From Selaginella moellendorffii (Eukaryota; Plantae; Lycopodiophyta), in contig NW_003314273.1 in the NCBI RefSeq assembly GCF_000143415.4, positions 2,174,597 to 2,238,596 on the forward strand: a stretch of 64,000 nucleotides of DNA. The letters are read 5' to 3'. Of this stretch, positions 1-11,550 are shown one piece after another. A program made the translations under genes and the position numbers. Within the stretch, counting starts at the first letter, position 1. Every line of letters starts with the position of its first letter. Under the pieces are notes generated by a model that had not been told where the DNA came from, ran no database searches, and saw nothing but the letters and a program-made list of their open reading frames with translations.

Positions 1-1343
1 CGCCACCTCCGGCACTGCGTCTTCCACAGCTTCCGCTTGAACAGCTTCTCCCGCAGCGCGAGCTCCTCGAAGTACGACTGCCGGTTGTCCTCGTCCAGAG
101 CGTCCAGTTCGTCCTGGAGCAGCCGGCGGAAAGGTGGCAGCTGATCAAACTCGGCCTCTCCATCCTCGTCCTCGTCCGGATCCACCTCGCCATACTCCTC
201 CTCGTCCGGCTGCTGGACCTCGGATCGAGCCTGCAGCATCGACGCCAGCAGCACCGGCATTGGCGAGCCACTCCGCCGCTCGCACAGCCTCGTCAGCGGC
301 ATGCTCTCCGGGAGCTTGAGGTACGTGTTGGCCTCGGCCAGGATCCGGGCCGAGAAGCACAGCAACAGGAGCTCGGGCCGCCACACCATCCCGTTTGGAA
401 GAACTCTCTCGCCGGCTCGGTTGGTTCGACACGCCGGGTGGTTCTCGATGAGCGTCACCGGGTTGAGCAGCCGGGTATCGCCCACGGCCGATCGGACAGT
501 CTGCTGGAACATCCGGGTTCTCTGGCCAACGTAAGAATCATACCGTAGCGGAAAACCATCGGGTCCATCGGGTGGCGACGAAGCTCCGTGCGTCAAGACG
601 ATGATCGCGTTGAACCAGATGGCCGGGCCGAAGCGATCGCCAATGTAGCGCATGAGCGCCGCGTCCTTGCTCTGGGAATCCAAGCGATCCACGTAGAGGA
701 CAATGTCGGGTGGGTTCCTGCGAATGCAGCGCTTGATCGAGGCCACCACGCGCTCGTTGTAGCGCCGGTCGGCCATGCTCGCGGAGAGCCCCGGCGTGTC
801 GATCACTCTCATCCGGATCCCCTTCATGGTTCCATCGATCACTTCCACCTTGTTGGTGCCGCTGGAGAAGGCGCTGGTGCTCGCCATGGGCTTGCCGAAG
901 ATGGAGTTGACGGTGGCGCTCTTGCCCACCCCGGATTTGCCCAGGAGCAAGACGGTGCAGCAGAAATCCAGCTCCTCGTCGCGCGAGGAGGCCTCCTCCT
1001 CCATCGCCACCGCGCAGGCCTTGTCGTAGCCGCTGGTGCTGTTGCGCATCTTGCCGCCCTTGAGCTGCTCCGCGAGGGCGAAGCGGTAGAGGACTTGCGC
1101 GGCAATGCCATTGTCCGCGGATTGGCCCAGGCGGTGGACGAGGCGCACGAACTTGACGCGGATGTCCTGGAGCTTCTCGCACAGGATCCTCGTCTTCTCT
1201 TCGGTGTTACCTTGCGTGATGGATCGGACGATGCCGGCGAGCTTGGACGTGACGGAGGAGGGCGCCTGGGAGACCGCTGCTGCCGATGCCGCCGCGGCTG
1301 GGGCGGACAATGGCGCTACCAGTGCCCTGTCCGCGGCCTCCAT
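1..1343 (-). CDS. Toc159-family chloroplast protein-import receptor GTPase, lacking a long acidic domain (Toc90-like); 3' end runs off the window
   Basis: Manual translation from ATG 1343 (MEAADRALV...). Contains LDFCCTVLLLGKSGVGKSATVNSIFG (P-loop), VIDTPG, VTLIENHPACRTNRAGERVLPNG and FDQLPPFRRL. Missing from the ORF track because there is no stop inside the window. Confidence 0.93.
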   Translation of the reverse strand, partial: MEAADRALVAPLSAPAAAASAAAVSQAPSSVTSKLAGIVRSITQGNTEEKTRILCEKLQDIRVKFVRLVHRLGQSADNGIAAQVLYRFALAEQLKGGKMRNSTSGYDKACAVAMEEEASSRDEELDFCCTVLLLGKSGVGKSATVNSIFGKPMASTSAFSSGTNKVEVIDGTMKGIRMRVIDTPGLSASMADRRYNERVVASIKRCIRRNPPDIVLYVDRLDSQSKDAALMRYIGDRFGPAIWFNAIIVLTHGASSPPDGPDGFPLRYDSYVGQRTRMFQQTVRSAVGDTRLLNPVTLIENHPACRTNRAGERVLPNGMVWRPELLLLCFSARILAEANTYLKLPESMPLTRLCERRSGSPMPVLLASMLQARSEVQQPDEEEYGEVDPDEDEDGEAEFDQLPPFRRLLQDELDALDEDNRQSYFEELALREKLFKRKLWKTQCRRW

Positions 1344-1815
1344 TGGATCCGGTGGGAGAGACCCGCTAGAACCCTAAAACATTGGTTCCTCGCATTGCCT
1401 GGGAAAATATCTCGCGGTGCTTTCCTCGCCACGTCTTGGATAAGGTAGATATTTTTATGAAGAATGTTAAATGGATTTACTTTTATAATTATTCTAGTAT
1501 ATTCTGTAAGAGTTGAAAAACTGGAATAAACATGAAAAAATATTTTGGAATGCAAAAGTAACTTGTGCTAGAAAATAAGCCAATCATACAAAAAAACACT
1601 TGCCATAGCTATAATTATATAAAACATGTTTAAGTAAATCCATTTTGAAATGGATTTACTTCTATAGTCATTCGAGCATATTCTGTAAGAGTTATAAACC
1701 CTATTTGTTGACCAACACAAACTTACGAAGATCCTTCCATCTGGTCCGAGCCTCACAAATTCAACTGGGATCTCGTGGATTTGATTCCAACAACTGAAAG
1801 AAACACACAACATCA

Positions 1816-2885
1816 CTAGACCTCGATGTCGTATACGCGGCGAGCCAGGAGCTTGGCCATGGAAGATGTTTCACACTCCTTGTTGTGCTCAAGGAAGCGT
1901 TCCTTGAACTCCTCGTCGTCAGTGGGCACCGCAGCCAGGCTTGCTGCAATCTCTTCCAGTGACATCCCGCGGTTGTCCAGGAAGCCCCGCCGCAATCTCG
2001 ACATCCTCGCCATGTAGCAGCCGCGGCTCTCTGGCTCAAAATTCATTGGCGTCACGTAGCGTACTGTGTACCTCGCCGGGTCGGCGAGCTTGCCCAAGTA
2101 TTTGCTCACTTCACCCTGCATCTCGAGGACGTAGAAGGTGGAGGGAGGCTGGCCCTGCAGCTGCCGCTCGGCTCGAGCGGACCCCTCACGAATCGCCTTG
2201 TCTATAAACCCATGCATGAGCAACAAAGAACATCGAGAGTGCACTCACATGATCCGCTATCCGGAAGGGGTTCGACAGGAAGCTCTGAATAGCTGAGCCA
2301 CAGCCGCGCGTCTAACACGGCAATATAGACGTTCTCCAGGTGTGTAAGGTAAGGGCACACAGTAATAAGAGAAGCAAGCCTTCCGCCACGGTCACTCAGA
2401 TCTAGCAGGAGCTGCTCCAGCTCCCCTGCACTTACAGTCCCTGTTGTTTCATTGCTTTTTGTCAGTATTTTGATCTGGCTACCAGGGAAACATACATCGC
2501 TCGAGCGACATCCGTTCTGTGTTGCCGCGGGGGATTTCATCAAGCAAGAAATCCAGCTTTGATGACCACCACCCCTGGTGTTGATCTTTATACCGTGCAT
2601 ATGGGTTCCTTTCCTCCAGGCCCTACAGCAGCCAATTAAACTCTACAGCGAGAACACAGTGTGTACCTTGGGGTACTCCTCCAGGTTGAAACTGGGTACG
2701 TATTTCTCCATGTACCACGCCTGGACTGTCTCGAACAGAGCTCCACCCTCCACAGACTGGAAGCAACTGTACCTGAAGGAGGAGATGACCCTCCGCAACT
2801 CGAGCGTCGCATCCACGGCTTCTCTCAAGCCCGGCGGCGCGGCCCTACGCTTGAAGAGGCGATCCACTTCCTCCTGCTCCTCCAT
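1816..2885 (-). CDS. Orphan 4-exon gene X, copy 1 (~307 aa, no recognised domain)
   Basis: Inverted near-identical copy of 8176-9271 with conserved GT-AG introns. Differs by a 12-nt in-frame deletion and about 5 substitutions. Confidence 0.7.
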
Positions 2886-3169
2886 ATGGCCAACCCTAAA
2901 AGGTGTTCAGCCGAGAGAGAATGTTTTAACGGTCCCTGCGACATGCCAAGGCATCGTCCCCATCCGTACATAAAACTGGAATTGCGAAATCTGAGAAGAA
3001 CGATGAGGAAGTATCAAAAAGATAAAAGGAGAGCGAAGAACATTGAGCGCAGACCACAAAATTCATGCGCCTCCTCCCACGGGTCTCCAAAGCGCCAGTG
3101 ACGGCCTTCCGGTTGGCCTGAGAAGGAAGAAGCTAGCGTTTGATCAGTTTTAAAGTTCTCTAGAGGTGT

Positions 3170-4100
3170 TACCAGGATCTTCTCTCGATCTTCGAGAGCG
3201 TCATTTCTACTGACTCGATGCGTCCAGTGCCGCCGCAGCACCCGCAAGAATCAGTGACACTCAGCCGGTCCTGAAAGCTCCATATCAAGTCAACTAGAGA
3301 TACCCGTGCTCTCGTCATTTCCATGAGTCCGAACTCTGAAATTTCCAAGATAACAACTTTAGATCGGTCCCGCTCAATGGCCTTGCACTTTCATGACCTG
3401 CAGATATACCACAATATCTCAGCTCGCTGACAAAGTTTGGATTCTAGAAGCTTACTTGGACCCTCCGTGTCAACAACTATAATCCCACCAATGCCCCGTA
3501 GCCTCTGTCGCAATCTGCACAGAGAGTTTTTACCTGTCGAGGAGCAGCGAGATTTACTTCTAAGAACACACAGAAATATAAGTTCCCTGATTACGTCCAA
3601 AAGTCTTCACCTTTTGGTATGTTTGAGACGAATCCCGACAAGCGTTTCAACCTGTATATACTCGCTCAAAAAACGAAGACAGCATACTATGAAAAACCTT
3701 ATTGTTGAAGAGATCACCTGAGTACCTGCCCCATGGCCCTTTGCAATAACACAGGGACTGGGTCTTTTCAACCACCACCACCAGCAACCTCCGCTGTCTC
3801 CACACGTCTCCATGAGGCGTGCCAAATCCTTCTTGAGCTCTTCACGACTGCGGCCAACAGCCTCAGTCCTCACGGTAAGACCAAATGCAGCTCTCTGGCA
3901 AGTTGCTTGAGCCGACTTCTTTCCAGCCTGTTGATCTTGCGAGTAACTCCAATGGTCGAAGCTTGAGGAAGCAATACTTGCACTACATCTCTTAACTTCA
4001 ATACTTCGAGACACTTACCCAGTATCGTCCCGCCAAAGTCACAGTTGCAGTCAGCTGTGGTCCTTTCTGCCGAAGAGCCTCCTCCTTAACTCGTTGACTT
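3170..4100 (-). pseudogene. Plastid RNase E/G-like (RNE) pseudogene fragments
   Basis: Fragments VKEEALRQKGPQLTATVTLAGRYWV, FGLTVRTEAVGRSREELKKDL, LRGIGGIIVVD, KAIERDRSKVVILEISEFGLMEMTRARV and Zn-link CGCCGGTGRI occur in RNase E order, broken by frameshifts. Confidence 0.85.
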
Positions 4101-4893
4101 CCCTCCAGGCACCTATCTTCTGCAGGACAGTAGCCTGCAAGCTGCTTGACGACGCCAAGCCAACTTGGAAGTTTAGTTGACAGGAGCTTCTTGTTCTCGA
4201 CGACCTCGATTGGTTGCATGGTGCACGGAAGTTGATGAGCTATGTTGCGAGGTTCCGGAACTTCTGGCTCTCGCTCAGGATAATGTTCTCGAGCAGCCAT
4301 GTCTCTTTCCGCTTTGGAAAGAATCTAAAATTTCGGGGACTTGGTCGTGGCGTCAGTCCAGAAACTTGCCTGATCATCTTCCAAAAACCTTTTGATCCGT
4401 GAAACTCTTGCAAAGCCGCCAGAAACGGGTCTTCTTCTCCTCTCGAGGAGAGTTCTAACTTCCGAGGGCGAAGTGTCATGTGTCGGCACCCGGACAACGT
4501 AAGAGTTCGCACCTAGAAACTCTAGAATGAATGAATCAAGCTAGTGAAAATCTCTAAAAATCACGGACGAACCTGTAAGCCATTTGGAGCTTCAACGATC
4601 CATCATCTTTTCCCACGAACCGGCACAGGACCTGTGAGAGTTCTCCAAACTCTCTGTAAGCCTGCGCCAGTCCATGGAAAAACGATCCTAGATGGATTAG
4701 AATGACGAGGAAACTCAGAGCAAAGTTGTTCTCTATCGGGACAACGGCCGGTGTTGTGTTAGTGGAGATCACTATATCTTCAACTATTCTCATTTATCTG
4801 TTTTTTCCATGCTTCTGTGACTATGAGCAATCCTTTTTTTTTTCTTTTTGTTTTCGTTATGTTGATTGATCAATCTTTTATTTTCTTTTGCAG

Positions 4894-5097
4894 GTGCTAG
4901 TGGCAGACGTGAACATTGGATACGAGGACATTGTCAACAGTTGTTAAAGTTTGCTCTCCCGCTGAAAACTTATGTGGGCTTTGGCACACCAAGTACTGGG
5001 ATTCAATGACACGAATGTCGAGAACTTGAAGCATTTAGCAAATATGGTGGAAAGCTGAAAAGAGGAATTTGTAAAATTTGATCTCAACCATCAACAG
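4894..5097 (+). pseudogene. DegP/HtrA protease (Deg9/Deg2-like) C-terminal PDZ fragment
   Basis: VLVADVNIGYEDIVN...QVLGFNDTNVENLKHLANMVES*KEEFVKFDL follows a polypyrimidine/AG acceptor and has an internal stop. Confidence 0.8.
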
Positions 5098-5330
5098 GTT
5101 CCATATGGATTCCCGGTTCTCGGGATTTATATTTTATACGTTAAATAATACGTTATTTAGTACGTTAAGTAATACAACAAAATAAAATATTAGATTAGTA
5201 AGGATTTAAAAATTGCAAGCAACACAACTAATGAGATACACTCGTCCAGACACTAAGAATTCTTTTGGATTTTGCTGATGGAAACTCGTTTTAATTTGTG
5301 AGTTAGGTAAATGAATCTCCTCAAAGGTAA

Positions 5331-6263
5331 ATGAAGCAACAGGGAATTATAATTCTATTTTTTTGGGGTATATGTTTTCTTTCCCCATCTCACTCCACCA
5401 TATATCAGTATTTCCACTTTCGTGAGGGTTTGGGTGTGCTTGATTTGGATCAAGCAAGAGAAATTGGATATCGCCTTTCATTGATTATGATAACTGGAAT
5501 ACCTCCATATACAAGCACAACACAGGAAGGGTCTACCTTTTCTGCAGAAATCCGAGTTAATATGCAATTGTTAAATCTTGCATTCTACTTTTTTAGTGCA
5601 CGCGACCTCACTCTACAATGCTATATAGCATTGGCACCTCCAACTACAAGGGTTTCTAACAATTTAATCCACTTAACACTTGGAGATACCATGGACCGAA
5701 TTGCTGATGAAATTCTTAATTTTCGTCCTGCCCTTGGCTTTGTGGTAATTGTTACTGATATTGGGGTGTTTGGAGTCTCTTACCTGATCCGCAATTATGT
5801 AAGACCAAACATTGGCACTAATGAAATTCCAAGCAGGATCAATCTTCAATCTTGCAACCCTTTCTCGGCCATGCTTATTAGTGGTACGAGGATTAACCCC
5901 TTTTCAAGACTTGGTCCTGGGGATCAAATTCATTTAGGAGGGCATACACAAATTGGAGTAATTGTATTGTTCATGGATTATACTTGCAACTTGATTATCT
6001 ACATATATACTACTAGCAAGTCACTTTGGACCTCTGAAACTCATGGATTGGGGTTCGATTGCTGGGTGCTCATGCAAGAAGATGGAAACCTGGTAGTTTA
6101 TGGATCTCTTGGAACATCATTTTGGTCAAGCTTTTCTTTTTGTGTGCCTTCTCCTGCATGCATTGCTCCATCATTTGTTGCTCTTGGACCCAGATGCAGG
6201 GTTGGTCTGTATAGATATGGTGCTCCAGCAGTTGAAGTCTGGTCACCAGGTGATTTTTGCTAA
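5331..6263 (+). CDS. Secreted chimeric lectin, copy 1: signal peptide + unknown ~140 aa domain + bulb-type (GNA/B-type) mannose-binding lectin domain
   Basis: Intronless 310-aa ORF with hydrophobic N-terminus. C-terminal LFMDYTCNLIIY...LWTSET...CWVLMQEDGNLVVY contains the QxDxNxVxY motif. Confidence 0.85.
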   Translation: MKQQGIIILFFWGICFLSPSHSTIYQYFHFREGLGVLDLDQAREIGYRLSLIMITGIPPYTSTTQEGSTFSAEIRVNMQLLNLAFYFFSARDLTLQCYIALAPPTTRVSNNLIHLTLGDTMDRIADEILNFRPALGFVVIVTDIGVFGVSYLIRNYVRPNIGTNEIPSRINLQSCNPFSAMLISGTRINPFSRLGPGDQIHLGGHTQIGVIVLFMDYTCNLIIYIYTTSKSLWTSETHGLGFDCWVLMQEDGNLVVYGSLGTSFWSSFSFCVPSPACIAPSFVALGPRCRVGLYRYGAPAVEVWSPGDFC

Positions 6264-6399
6264 ATTCACATAAAAAGTGCTTTGAATAAATTTTAAAGAA
6301 TAAAATGTGAACTAAACCATTGGAAGTGCTTGATGTCTTGCAATTTTGCTAGTTTGGTAGAATTTTCCTCTTCCATGCATGCGTTATGGATCGCCATTC

Positions 6400-7460
6400 T
6401 CGCGAGCGTCACCACTGGGCTTCGACGCATTCCTTGGCCGATGAATACTGTTTGAAGGGACACTACTTCTTTCACAGGGAGGAAGACTCGGCTTGCAAGG
6501 GAAAGAGGCTACTGGAGCCTTTTCGGTGCAGCAATCTGTGGATTTCATCTCTTTCGAGGCAGGGAGAAGAAGGGTCGAGCGCGCCATGCTTGCATCCAGC
6601 GCGGGTTTGGCCTATTTCCTTAGCAACTTATTTCGATTCGAGGTAAGCTTCTCTCTTCTCAATTCTTACTCCACAGTCTTACTTTGGATGCTTCTTTCTG
6701 CTTCCTATTGTCATCTTCGGGGCGTGGCCACTGGTCGCAAAACAATGAATGTTTTCATCTTTGCTGTATTCGAATTACATTTGTTCTCTAGGCGATCACA
6801 GCCTTGCTTCTTCACGTCATTGCTGGACTCTTTCTTACGTCGTACACAGATTTGGATATCTCACAGAACTTTTGGAATTCTTCGTCTAGTTGATGCACGG
6901 ATTTCTCGGCGTTGCCATGGGTGCTTTGTGGAGTCGCTCGCTCGCTTGCTAGATTTCCATTTTCTAACACGTTGCTGCTCAGATGGAGAATCAACTGGAG
7001 CGTCTTGATCCTTGCTTGTACACTGGTATGCACGAAACTCTTTGCTTTTGGCTCGATGTTCTCACTGTCTGGAGTTGCAGGTCCGTGCTGTTGGAGCGAT
7101 TGGCTTTGTGTTTCTGTGCTCTTGGCTGGTCAAGGATAACACCCTCAACTTGGTACAAAGAAATTCATTTGGCTTACCTTGACCAAATGTTCCTCTTCTT
7201 TTGCAGATCACCATAGACACCCATGCTTCGCTCTCGTACATGGTGGCCGCAGTGGGGATCAATATCTCGCTTACCTCGCTTACAATGCCGACCATCTATG
7301 CTGTGTTCACGTCCTTGGTAAAGTTTCTCCCAGTTTTAGAGCGCCTCTAGCTTATCGTGAACTGCGCATCGCTTGTTTTCCTCCTCCATGTTTTGTACGC
7401 GATGATAGTTCAGGGCCTGGGAATCAAGTCGTCACTGGCGGTTCCTGGCTGGATGTCGAG
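6400..7460 (+). pseudogene. Degenerate multi-pass membrane protein fragments, possibly CPA1 Na+/H+ exchanger-like
   Basis: Spliced hydrophobic pieces LAYFLSNLFRFE / ISHRTFGILRLVD / WSVLILACTL-VRAVGAIGFVFLCSWLV. Frameshifts differ between the two copies. Family call is tentative. Confidence 0.35.
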
Positions 7461-7566
7461 ATCCATGTAAAATCAAAGGATGCTTACCCGGAATTCATCC
7501 TTTTGTACAGACACCATTTCTGGCGTTGATATAAAAATCGGGGATGGTGAAAATTCCAGCTTTAAG

Positions 7567-7653
7567 TTAGAGCACGTTCTCTCTGTTTATCAAGAACGAT
7601 GCCCAAGCCTCGCTCGAAGGAGCTACAGGCTGAACCCAGTGACCAGGAGTTCG
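7567..7653 (-). pseudogene. Duplicated last exon of the U11/U12 59K gene, cut at the duplication junction
   Basis: RTPGHWVQPVAPSSEAWASFLINRENVL* matches 14186-14272. Confidence 0.85.
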
Positions 7654-7835
7654 GCTGGGGCGGACAATGGCGCTACCAGTGCCCTGTCCGCGGCCTCCAT
7701 TGGATCCGGTGGGAGAGACCCGCTAGAACCCTAAAACATTGGTTCCTCGCATTGCCTCGCACGTCTTGGATAAGGTAGATATTTTTATGAAGAATGTTAA
7801 ATGGATCTACTTTTATAATTATTCTAGCATATTCG
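7652..7835 (-). pseudogene. Duplicated 5' end (upstream region, ATG and 16 codons) of the Toc159-family gene
   Basis: Matches 1295-1500 apart from one deletion and a few substitutions. Confidence 0.9.
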
Positions 7836-8175
7836 GAAGTATGTTTAAGTTACTTTCACCTCGTAAGATATGAAGTTTATGTTCGTTAACAAATAGGGTT
7901 TATATTATGGAATCTAATTAAAATGATTTCTGTATACTGTTATTAAAGTGATCCGGATATTAAATCAAACTCTCCAACAATGTTCAATCCTTTTCCTGTA
8001 AAGCCTATGTAACAGTTTTCTTGCTCACCTCCTCCTGTACTTGCCTCTTGCTGTCAAGTTGCGTGGGTATTTTTGAGGATTTGTGGTCCTCATATGATAT
8101 GTTAAGTCATCTTATACTCCTCTGGGGACCGTTAAAACATTCTCTCTCGGCTGAACACCTTTTAGGGTTGGCCAT

Positions 8176-9271
8176 ATGGAGGAGCAGGAGGAAGTGGATC
8201 GCCTCTTCAAGCGTAGGGCCGCGCCGCCGGGCTTGAGAGAAGCCGTGGATGCGACGCTCGAGTTGCGGAGGGTCATCTCCTCCTTCAGGTACAGTTGCTT
8301 CCAGTCTGTGGAGGGTGGAGCTCTGTTCGAGACAGTCCAGGCGTGGTACATGGAGAAATACGTACCCAGTTTCAACCTGGAGGAGTACCCCAAGGTACAC
8401 ACTGTGTCTTTCTCTCGCTGTAGAGTTTAATTTGCTGCTGTAGGGCCTGGAGGAAAGGAACCCATATGCACGGTATAAAGATCAACACCCAAAGGCTACG
8501 GAGGGGTGGTGGTCATCAAAGCTAGATTTCTTGCTTGATGAAATCCCCCGCGGCAACACAGAACGGATGTCGCTCGAGCGATGTAAGTTTCCCTTGTAGC
8601 CAGATCAAAATATTTACAAGAAGCAATGAAACAACAGGGACTGTAAGTGCAGCGGAGCTGGAGCAGCTCCTGCTAGATCTGAGTGACCGTGGCGGAAGGC
8701 TTGCTCCTCTTATTACTGTGTGCCCTTACCTTACACACTTAGAGAACATCTATATTGCCGTGTTGGACGCGCGGCTGTGGCTCAGCTATTCAGAGCTTTC
8801 TGTCGAACCCCTTCCGGATAGCGGGTCATGTGAGTGAGCCTTCAGCACTCTCGATGTTCTTTGTTGTTCATGCATGGGTTTATAGACAAGGCGATTCGTG
8901 AGGGGTCCGCTCGAGCCGAGCGGCAGCTGCAGGGCCAGCCTCCCTCCACCTTCTACGTCCTCGAGATGCAGGGTGAAGTGAGCAAATACTTGGGCAAGCT
9001 CGCCGACCCGGCGAGGTACACAGTACGCTACGTGACGCCAATGAATTTTGAGCCAGAGAGCCGCGGCTGCTACATGGCGAGGATGTCGAGATTGCGGCGG
9101 GGCTTCCTGGACAACCGCGGGATGTCACTGGAAGAGATTGCAGCAAGCCTGGCTGCGGTGCCCACTGACGACGAGGAGTTCAAGGAACGCTTCCTCGAGC
9201 ACAACAAGGAGTGTGAAACATCGTCCATGGCCAAGCTCCTGGCTCGCCGCGTATACAACATCGAGGTCTAG
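8176..9271 (+). CDS. Orphan 4-exon gene X, copy 2 (311 aa, no recognised domain)
   Basis: Exons 8176-8394, 8444-8582, 8638-8829 and 8886-9271 (936 nt) join by GT-AG introns into one open frame, MEEQEEVDRLFKRR...LLARRVYNIEV*. Confidence 0.75.
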
Positions 9272-9579
9272 CGATGTTGTGTGTTTCTTTCAGTTGTTGG
9301 AATCAAAACAAGAAAAATATCTGCTTTTCTTGCGACATGCCATACATAAAACTGGAATTGTTCCTTGCGTCGAGTTCGTTTCTCACTTGGATTCTCCTCC
9401 CAGGAAATCTGAGAAGAACGATGAGGAAGTATCAAAAAGATAAAAGGAGAGCGAAGAACATTGAGCGCAGAGCATGCGCCTCCTCCCACGGGTCTCCAAA
9501 GCACTATTGACGGCCTTCCGGTTGGCCTGAGAAGGAAGAAGCTAGCGTTTGATCAGTTTTAAAGTGCTCTAGAGATGTT

Positions 9580-10560
9580 ACCAGGATCTTCTCTCGATCT
9601 TCGAGAGCGTCATTTCTACTGACTCGATGCGTCCAGTGCCGCCGCAGCACCCGCATGAATCAGTGACCCTCGAGGTGACACTCAGCCGGTCCTGAAAGCT
9701 CCATATCAAGTCAACTGTCACGAAGAAAACTGATAAACAACAAGATGAGATACCCGTGCTCTCGTCATTTCCATGAGTCCGAACTCTGAAATTTCCAAGA
9801 TAACAACTTTAGATCGGTCCCGCTCAATGGCACTTTCATGACCTGCAGATATCCCACAATATCCCGGCTCGCTGACAAAGTTTGGATTCTAGAAGCTTAC
9901 TTGGATCCTCCTTGTCAACAACTATAATCCCACCAATGCCCCGTAGCCTCTGTCGCAATCTGCACAGAGAGTTTTTACCTGTCGAGGAGCAGCGAGATTT
10001 ACTTTTAAGAACACACAGAAATATAAGTTCCTTGATTACGTCCAAAAGTCTTCACCTTTTGGTATGTTTGAGACGAATCCACGACAAACGTTTCAACCTG
10101 TATATACTGGTTCAAAGAACGAAGACAGCATACTATGAAAAACCTTATTGTTGAAGAGATCACCTGAGTACCTGCCCCATGGCCCTTTGCAACACAGGGA
10201 CCGGGTCTTTTCAACCACCACCACCAGCAACCTCCGCTGTCTCCACACGTCTCCATGAGGCGTGCCAATTCCTTCTTGAGCTCTTCACGACTGCGGCCAA
10301 CAGCCTCAGTCCTCACGGTAATACCAAATGCAGCTCTCTGGCAAGCTACTTGAGCCGACTTCTTTCCAGCCTGTTGATCTTGCGAGTAACTCCAGTGGTC
10401 GAAGCTTGAGGAACCAGTACCTGCACTACATCTCTTAACTTCACACATTCTTTCTCTAATACTTCGAGACACTTACCCAGTATCGTCCCGCCAAAGTCAC
10501 AGGTGGTCCTTTCTTCCGAAGAGCCTCCTTCTTAACTCGTTGACTTCCCTCCAGGCACCT
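9580..10560 (-). pseudogene. RNase E/G-like pseudogene fragments, copy 2
   Basis: Same motifs as 3170-4100 (LRGIGGIIVVD, FGITVRTEAVGRSREEL) with different indels. Confidence 0.85.
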
Positions 10561-11550
10561 ATCTTCCGCAGGACAGTAGCCGGCTTTACGCTTGTCTTCC
10601 ATCGATCTGTTCCATCTCCTCCCCGTTTGGATCGTCCACAGTTTCTTCACTTTGCTGTTTCTCAAACTATCCTCCTCGTTCCCCTGAGCTTTATCGTCAA
10701 CGGGATTTTTGTGGAGATTGGATCTTCTAAGACGGCATTTCTGGAAGTTAACATGCAGTAATACCTGCAAGCTGCTTCACGACGCCGAGGTAGACGTTGC
10801 CAACTTGGAAGTTCAGTTGACAAGAGCTTCTTGTTCTCGACGACCTGCACGGAAGTTGATGAGCTATGTCACGAGGTTCCGGAACTTCTGGCTCTCGCTC
10901 AGGAAAATGCTCTCGAGCAGCCATGTCTCTTTCCGCTTTGGAAAGAATCTAAAATTTCGGCCACTTGGTCGTGGCGTTAGTCCGGAAACTTGCCTGATCA
11001 TCTTCCAAAAACCTTTTGATCTGTGAAACTCTTGCAAAGCTGCCAGAAACGGGTCTTCCTCTCCTCTTGAGACATGGAGAGTTCTAACTTCCGAGGGCGA
11101 AGAGTCGTATGTCGGCACCCGGACAACGTAAGAGTTCGCACCTAGAAACTCTAGAATGAATGAATCAAGCTAGTGAAAATCTCTAAAAATCACGGACGAA
11201 CCTGTAAGCCATTTGGAGCTTCAACGATCCATCATCCTTTACCACGAACCGACACAAGACCTGTGAGAGTTCTCCAAACTCGCTGTAAGCCTGCGCCAGT
11301 CCATGGAAAAACGATCCTAAGATCATGAGCCAGAGAAAAGTCTAGATGGATTAGAATGACCAGGAAACTCATAGCAAAGTTGTTCTCTATCGGGACAACG
11401 GCGGGTGTTGTGTTAGTGGAGATCACTATCGTTCCGAGGTAACTATTCTCATTTATCTGTTTTTTCCATGCTTCTGTGTGCAGTATAATCTTTTTTTTTT
11501 CTTTTTGTTTTCGTTATGTTGATTGATCAATCTTTTATTTTCTTTTGCAG

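Larger units (their letters stand above)
1295..7653 (+). repeat. Tandem segmental duplication, unit A
   Basis: 1295-1500 matches 7652-7835 and 2937-7653 matches 9331-14272 in direct orientation. 1781-2936 matches 8124-9306 inverted. Confidence 0.95.

Noticed and set aside
134-1448. Several long overlapping ORFs (e.g. 588-1448 +, 538-1182 -)
   Set aside because: Shadow frames of the GC-rich Toc159-family CDS.
4100-4790. Possible F-box/LRR fragment (VRTLTLSGCRHM)
   Set aside because: One weak motif with broken frames; cannot be assigned.
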